DNA of 64,000 bases from Candidatus Omnitrophota bacterium (GTDB lineage Bacteria; Omnitrophota; Gorgyraeia; Tantalellales; Tantalellaceae): assembly GCA_043812935.1 (NCBI GenBank), contig JBDRLO010000024.1, positions 9,295 through 73,294 on the forward strand. The letters run 5' to 3'. Below are positions 58,772-64,000 of the stretch, in pieces. The notes below the pieces were generated by a model. It ran no database searches and was not told where the DNA came from. It saw nothing but the letters and a program-made list of their open reading frames with translations. The position numbers were made by a program, and so were the translations under genes. Each line of letters opens with the position of its first letter. The first letter of the stretch is position 1.

Positions 58772-59071
58772 CGATGTCGTACCTTCCCTTAAATACGGTT
58801 AACAACTGGGCTAGATATGTGACGTTTCTATTGATTTTAATAAATTTGTATTATAATACCATGAGGAAAAAGAAAAAACCAGAAAAAAACAAACTTTTTT
58901 AAGGTTAATGCATATTGTTGTTATTTTTCGTTAACGCCTGCAACACAATGAGAATGGCAGGTTTTAATCGGAGACTGGCACTGTAAAGAAGTTCAGCATA
59001 GCTTTTGGTAATTTTTTTCCTTGGACACTATTGGTCCCCTACGACCTACATAATAGTTTAGTAGTTAATAA

Positions 59072-59575
59072 TTAATATCGTTTAGGGGGTTTATAAGTTT
59101 TTGGAACCTTTGGCGGTGTATAGGTTTTTGGTATTTTAGGTAATCTTGGAGTGCTTTGAGTTTGCTGGCGAAGCATTCTTTGGGTTCTGTTGAAGTTTTC
59201 AACTTGTTTTAGTGCCTTGAGTTGACGTTGGGTTCGTTGAAAATTTTTCCAGGAAACTTGGCTGTTAACGGATTTAAGTAAAGTAAAAAGAGTGTCCCGG
59301 TCAACTGAATCTATCGGTAGGCCATTATATTCAAAAGTTGTTATTCCCTCTTCATTTGTTATGCTTTTTATGCCCGGTGTTGTGGCAAGAATGTCAGGAT
59401 TGTATTTGAATATGCCTTTTAATCGTGAAACGATTTCCTCTTTTTTAAGTTCAGGTGTTTCTGTTTCTGAAGAATCGGCAGTATTATCAGTTGTTTCTTC
59501 CGAAAAAGATAAATTTATATTGAATGAAGAAACTATATAAAACACGATAATTACCGTGAGCATGAATTTTTTCAT
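59072..59575 (-). CDS. secreted protein with Pro/Lys-rich C-terminal repeats (hypothetical)
   Basis: signal peptide; C-terminal PKIPKTYTPPKVPKTYKPPKRY. Confidence 0.45.
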   Translation of the reverse strand: MKKFMLTVIIVFYIVSSFNINLSFSEETTDNTADSSETETPELKKEEIVSRLKGIFKYNPDILATTPGIKSITNEEGITTFEYNGLPIDSVDRDTLFTLLKSVNSQVSWKNFQRTQRQLKALKQVENFNRTQRMLRQQTQSTPRLPKIPKTYTPPKVPKTYKPPKRY

Positions 59576-59594
59576 AGAACTCCTATTTTTTAAT

Positions 59595-60374
59595 TTACGA
59601 TATATTTTTATTTTTACGACGAAGTAGTAATACTGAGAGCAGGCATAATAAACTTACAATACAAATACTGAGCATGGTTATTTGCGATAATGTCAGCCAA
59701 TGCCATATTGTAATACTGTCAATTCGCAAAAGCTCAACAAAAAAACGAAAAAAACCATACATGCAGAATGTGCCGAAAAAAATGGCGCCGGGAACATGAT
59801 TTTTTTTGTAAAAATGGCGCATAAGAAAAAATATAATTGCCAGAAAAATGATTGAATATGCCTGTGTCGGATGGCTTGGAACGATCGGCGGAGGCATGGT
59901 TTTAAAAGCAACTGCCCATGGTAGTGTTGAAGGTTTGCCATAGCAGCAGCCGTAAGACAGGCACCCTATCCTGACAAATAACATTTGAATGATAATAAAC
60001 GGTGCCGCATAGTCAGCTGTAATGAGAAAGCTTATACGTTTTTTTCGGAATTTTGTAAATATCACGAGTGCCAGGACTTCAAACGCAAACGCTCCAAGAG
60101 AAGCATACCCCACACGGCGGAACATATATTTAAAAGAAGGGTATCCTGCTTCCTGTATAGCCTGCCAATGCAAAAATGAGAATAAAACCTTTGATCCTAA
60201 AAGCCCCATGTAACCCATTAAAATACCGCATAGAAAAATACCGATGCGGCTTATGGGAAACATTTTCGGCCGGTTAAGAACCGCAAGGGCTATTGCGATT
60301 ATAGCACCCGCAAGGAGACAAACATCCCATGTAGGGACATGAAAGCTTGTCCCCTCAAATAGTGTTGGAAACAT
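59595..60374 (-). CDS. lgt: prolipoprotein diacylglyceryl transferase-like
   Basis: 7 TM; Lgt-like motifs PTQAYSIIF (compare HPTQLYE) and FRFFVELLR (compare RFxVEFFR). Confidence 0.55.
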   Translation of the reverse strand: MFPTLFEGTSFHVPTWDVCLLAGAIIAIALAVLNRPKMFPISRIGIFLCGILMGYMGLLGSKVLFSFLHWQAIQEAGYPSFKYMFRRVGYASLGAFAFEVLALVIFTKFRKKRISFLITADYAAPFIIIQMLFVRIGCLSYGCCYGKPSTLPWAVAFKTMPPPIVPSHPTQAYSIIFLAIIFFLMRHFYKKNHVPGAIFFGTFCMYGFFRFFVELLRIDSITIWHWLTLSQITMLSICIVSLLCLLSVLLLRRKNKNIS

Positions 60375-60513
60375 AGGAAACCTTTCTTTTCTTTGTAGCT
60401 AGTATATACGATGTTCTTGTATTTGTCGAGTTTAGCCAAAGAAATTTTTATTATATATTGAAAATCAAGCCTATTTTTCAAAATATAGTTATTTTTAGTT
60501 TTTTTGGTTAATT

Positions 60514-61686
60514 TTATGCGCTTATATCCACATGGAACAGGTTATCAATGAATTCGCGTATGGTTTCTGAAATGCGCAGGCGTGAGATGTTTTCAAGCGC
60601 GGTGAATACCTGTTTCAAACGGCTCAATGTGTTTTCGGAACATTCAATTGCTATGATATGCGGAGATTTTCCGGAATCTGTATAACGTTTTAAAAGGTTT
60701 GCGGCGGCTATCATTGGTATAATACGGTTAAGCCTTTTCCCTTCCTCGTCTTTTGTCAGGATATTTTTACCAATTATGACATAACTGGGGGTGCCTGGTT
60801 CCCCGTTGATTTGTAAAGATTTAATCAGCTGATTTGTTCCGGTATCGGATTCAGGCGAAACAATGGAAACTGCAAATGGTAAAATTTCCGGGATTTTTTC
60901 TTCTTTCTTTTTGATTTTTAAAGCTGTATTTATTGCGCCGACAATATCTTCTGTGCCGTCCGGAATTGTAATATCTTTTGGATCCAATATAATGACGTTT
61001 TCAAGCAGAATAAGTTTTGATGCTGTATTTAACGGAAGAGGCGCGTTTGGATTATTAATAATCGAAACATAAAAATCGTTATGCGCAAATTTTTCTATTT
61101 CCGGAAGCATGGTATTTATATCAATGCAGGGGAGTCGACTGTCTATAACAATTGCTTTCGGAATTTTGGGCATTAAGGTAAGAACTCTGTTTATTGTTTG
61201 ACCCGTCCTAATATCCTCTTGTTCTGCCGCAATTTTCCTGTGTTTAAGAGCAATATTCGCGAATGATACATTGGGATTGTTTCTTAAATAATTGATGAAT
61301 CGTGTGTGAAAGGCAAGAAATGTGTCAATACCTTTGTCTTTTTTGTGCATTGTGCCGGCTGTATGAGCATCAATGGAAACGCCGATAGCCTCATTGTAAC
61401 TTTCAAGCCAAGGTTCCGTATCATTCGGGTTAACGGAGGGTTGTTCTTTGGGTAACTCCGGCTGTGTATTTGAAAAAACATCGGAATTATATGTATCAAA
61501 AATTGATTCGAGAATATCATGCCGCTTTTCGTCAGGAAGTGCTTTTTCAAGTATTTCCCGCATCTCACTACGGGTTCTATTTTTTAATTTTCCTAAGGTG
61601 TCTCTAGAAAAACCGCCCAGATATGGATTGACAAGGTAGGGATATATGTTCGCCAAAGCGACGAGATCGGAATGTTTATTTGTCAA
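60514..61686 (-). CDS. protein with C-terminal alpha/beta domain paralogous to giant-protein domain (unknown function)
   Basis: C-terminal ~240 aa align with C-terminus of 61864 protein (IIAIECSEN / VVAVECSEN, LLKRY / ILKRY) and with the three giant-protein copies. Confidence 0.55.
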   Translation of the reverse strand: MTNKHSDLVALANIYPYLVNPYLGGFSRDTLGKLKNRTRSEMREILEKALPDEKRHDILESIFDTYNSDVFSNTQPELPKEQPSVNPNDTEPWLESYNEAIGVSIDAHTAGTMHKKDKGIDTFLAFHTRFINYLRNNPNVSFANIALKHRKIAAEQEDIRTGQTINRVLTLMPKIPKAIVIDSRLPCIDINTMLPEIEKFAHNDFYVSIINNPNAPLPLNTASKLILLENVIILDPKDITIPDGTEDIVGAINTALKIKKKEEKIPEILPFAVSIVSPESDTGTNQLIKSLQINGEPGTPSYVIIGKNILTKDEEGKRLNRIIPMIAAANLLKRYTDSGKSPHIIAIECSENTLSRLKQVFTALENISRLRISETIREFIDNLFHVDISA

Positions 61687-61863
61687 GTCCTGTATCTGGG
61701 CGGTTTTTCTGCCGTTTCCAGCATGTTCTCTGTTGTTTTACCTCCCTGCATATTAAAAAATATATGCGGTCGTTTATCGGAAACTTTATGTTCAAAATCT
61801 TCTTTATTTCTAACAACAATTTACTTACAATAAAAAAAACCATCAAACTAAAAAACTAAACGA

Positions 61864-64000
61864 TTATAATGATCTGGTGGTTTGAATGATGGCGCTGATC
61901 TTTTCCGTGATTTCGTCGTTGATGTTTAGGCGTGTGATCACGGTTAAAATGATATCCATAAGGTTGCGAATCTTTTGCAGTATGTTTTCTGAGCACTCCA
62001 CTGCTACCACATTTGTCTGTTTTTCTTTGGATAGGTATCTTTTTAGGATACTTGTAAGCGCCATAACCGGAAGCATATTCAAGATGTGTTCGGTTTCAGC
62101 GTCTTTTTTGTCCACAACACTCCTGCCGGCAATAATAAAATTGGCTTTTTCTGCCGCAGGGCCCTCAAGGTGTGACAGAAATCCTTCCGCCATGGATTCG
62201 GTCGTGACGACCGACATTGCCGCAAACGGTAAATCATCGATCCTGAGTTTCGCAAGCAGAAAGTCTCTTGCCTGGCGGACAATGGGTCGCGCGGGGTCAA
62301 TACCCGTTAAGTGTGTAATATTGTCCGGCAATATGAATTCACCTATCGCTTTTTGCATACGGTTTTCCTGATCGATCAGGCACATATATACAGTTGGGTT
62401 TGCTTCTGCCAATCGTTCAACCGCAGGCAGTATACGGGTAAGGACATCTTCTGGTACGTCTCTCAAGTCATATACAATTGCCTGATTCTTCGGTATAAAG
62501 TCTTTGGTCAGCAGTATGGATAGGTTCTTGGCGAGTTCTTCCTCTACTGTTTCCGCCATCGCGGTATTTTCAGTATTATTCAGAAGTTGTTTTCGTATTA
62601 TATTCTTCAGTTCATACGGAAGTAATCCTATGCTTTCGAAAAAGTCTATATCTTTATTTAAAAGCTTTAATTGAAATGTTTTCTCTTCTGTCTCTGCCAT
62701 TTCTTTACCGTTGTATTCCTGCTTTCCCTCTAATGCCATTTGTAGATAATAACTTAAACCCTCTGTTCCAAAGATATCCTTATTATTTTTGTAAAGCGGA
62801 GTCTCAAATAAATCATTTAATTCAGGATGATTAACACTGAAGTAATTTTTTATTTGCTCTATTTTTTGAGGACCCAAATCATTATGTATCGAATGAATAA
62901 ATTCGTGGATAAATGGTCCAACATCTGTACTGATATAAGCACGTTGGTATATTGAATCTATGTCACAAAACGCTCCGCCCTCTTGACTATATATAACATA
63001 TTGTTGCGATATGTTGGCATCAAAACCCTTTTCAAGCATAAATAAAAGAAATTTCTTAATAACAGGCTGGGCAGTAAGACTTTTTTTAAATTCTTTCCAA
63101 TCTGTTTCGTTTTCTATCCATGAACTACAAATAGTAGGCTGAAAGTCAGCTTGCGCAGGAACCATTTCAGAAGTTTTGGATTCTATAAAAGTTGCAATTT
63201 TATCAGAATACTCATTCGGTAATTGATAATATGGTGTGCGAATACCATTAAGTGCAGTTTCTCCGAAGACAACCTCTTCCTCTACTTTCATTGCAATGTT
63301 CTTAATCTCATCATTTGAGTAGAAAACCATAAAATATACCTCTCCTCCATCAGCAAGATTACCACTATACACGAGTATACGGCTATACGCACTATGTCGG
63401 TATTCATCTAAATATTCAGCTTTAAAGAAGTTAACATGGTTAAAAAACTTTTCAATAGATTGAATGCTTAATTCACCATCTGGTATTCCTGTTATCCATT
63501 TTCGTAAAATAGTTGCAGCGGATTCGTTGTAACGCAATTTATTTAAAAGCTTTTCTTCACGGCTATCGTCAATGTCTGTGTCTTTTTCTTCTGTTTCAAT
63601 CAAAAGATCAGGATCATAATTATTCGCGAACGCTCCTATCCGCGCATCTATTGTGTTGTTGACGGGAGTTTCTCTTACAAGTTCTGTTGTAAGCGTTATC
63701 ATAGCATTTTTAAGGCGGTCTTGCCTCATTCTGCTTATTGAGACAGAGTCCAGTTGCGCTAAATACGGGTATTTTTTCACAAAAGCTGTTCGCCTTACGT
63801 ATTTTACAATATCATTTATGTTGTTTGCTAAATCCTGCGGAGACATGTCAATTAGAAATGTGGAGATTCCTGCTTTCGCAGGAATAACAGGTACTGGTTT
63901 CTTAACAATCGTAAATTCTATATCCGGATAATCCGAAGACAGTTGTTTCAGTGCATCTTTGTTAATTTCGACAATACCGACGATTGGTCGAGACGGTTTT
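61864..64000 (-). CDS. HExxH-motif protein with C-terminal paralogous alpha/beta domain; reading frame remains open to the window edge (5'-partial)
   Basis: HEFIHSIH motif in N-terminal region; in-frame sense codons continue upstream of the annotated Met at 63846 with no stop to position 64000 and no RBS before that Met. Confidence 0.55.
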   Translation of the reverse strand, partial: KPSRPIVGIVEINKDALKQLSSDYPDIEFTIVKKPVPVIPAKAGISTFLIDMSPQDLANNINDIVKYVRRTAFVKKYPYLAQLDSVSISRMRQDRLKNAMITLTTELVRETPVNNTIDARIGAFANNYDPDLLIETEEKDTDIDDSREEKLLNKLRYNESAATILRKWITGIPDGELSIQSIEKFFNHVNFFKAEYLDEYRHSAYSRILVYSGNLADGGEVYFMVFYSNDEIKNIAMKVEEEVVFGETALNGIRTPYYQLPNEYSDKIATFIESKTSEMVPAQADFQPTICSSWIENETDWKEFKKSLTAQPVIKKFLLFMLEKGFDANISQQYVIYSQEGGAFCDIDSIYQRAYISTDVGPFIHEFIHSIHNDLGPQKIEQIKNYFSVNHPELNDLFETPLYKNNKDIFGTEGLSYYLQMALEGKQEYNGKEMAETEEKTFQLKLLNKDIDFFESIGLLPYELKNIIRKQLLNNTENTAMAETVEEELAKNLSILLTKDFIPKNQAIVYDLRDVPEDVLTRILPAVERLAEANPTVYMCLIDQENRMQKAIGEFILPDNITHLTGIDPARPIVRQARDFLLAKLRIDDLPFAAMSVVTTESMAEGFLSHLEGPAAEKANFIIAGRSVVDKKDAETEHILNMLPVMALTSILKRYLSKEKQTNVVAVECSENILQKIRNLMDIILTVITRLNINDEITEKISAIIQTTRSL

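Noticed and set aside
63653-63931. 92-aa plus-strand ORF at the window end
   Set aside because: Antisense to the minus-strand reading frame that continues open to the window edge

Overview
The window is low-GC (roughly 37%) bacterial chromosomal DNA with compact genes on both strands. It looks like an uncultivated anaerobe lineage, but that is inference from gene content only. The first ~47 kb is mostly core and housekeeping: YhaM-like HD exoribonuclease, ArfB-like rescue factor, NSS symporter, Tpx, UvrA, a TPR/ExbB/ExbD cluster, rsmE-mtaB, EndoQ-like PHP protein, dnaG-rpoD, dtd, PPi-type Pfk, rnhA, FeoAB, an ABC exporter and an MFS transporter. RNA genes are tRNA-Ala(CGC), tRNA-Met(CAT), tRNA-Val(CAC) and an RNase P RNA (type A) that the ORF track shows as a spurious antisense ORF. 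Mobile and repeat content comprises an ISNCY-like insertion sequence (~11452-12926) whose terminal inverted repeats are tandemly duplicated, a dispersed ACGTG-rich 8-mer repeat family at two loci, an 8-bp x8 tandem array downstream of tRNA-Ala, and an IS-end-like motif pair near 35.9 kb. From ~47.7 kb the region turns accessory: an AT-rich gap, a Fic protein, an AbiEi/AbiEii type IV TA pair, small Cys-rich membrane proteins and a 28-bp perfect inverted repeat. That is followed by a minus-strand cluster (52.1 kb to the window edge) dominated by a 2219-aa multi-TM HEAT-repeat protein with internal duplication. It carries three copies of an unassigned alpha/beta domain that recurs in two downstream proteins; one of these has an HExxH motif and runs off the window. 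This cluster is my best candidate for an undescribed system. Other points of note: a ParA/MinD-type ATPase fused to an AMPK-beta-type glycogen-binding domain (CBM48) next to a GH130 phosphorylase; AmmeMemoRadiSam components carrying predicted Sec (AmrB-AmrA fusion) and Tat (radical SAM) signal peptides; a 39-aa (KKKVA)6 basic protein missed by the ORF track; and a 34-aa TM peptide ATGA-coupled to the NSS transporter. My hand-counted coordinates for non-ORF features may be off by 1-2 nt.
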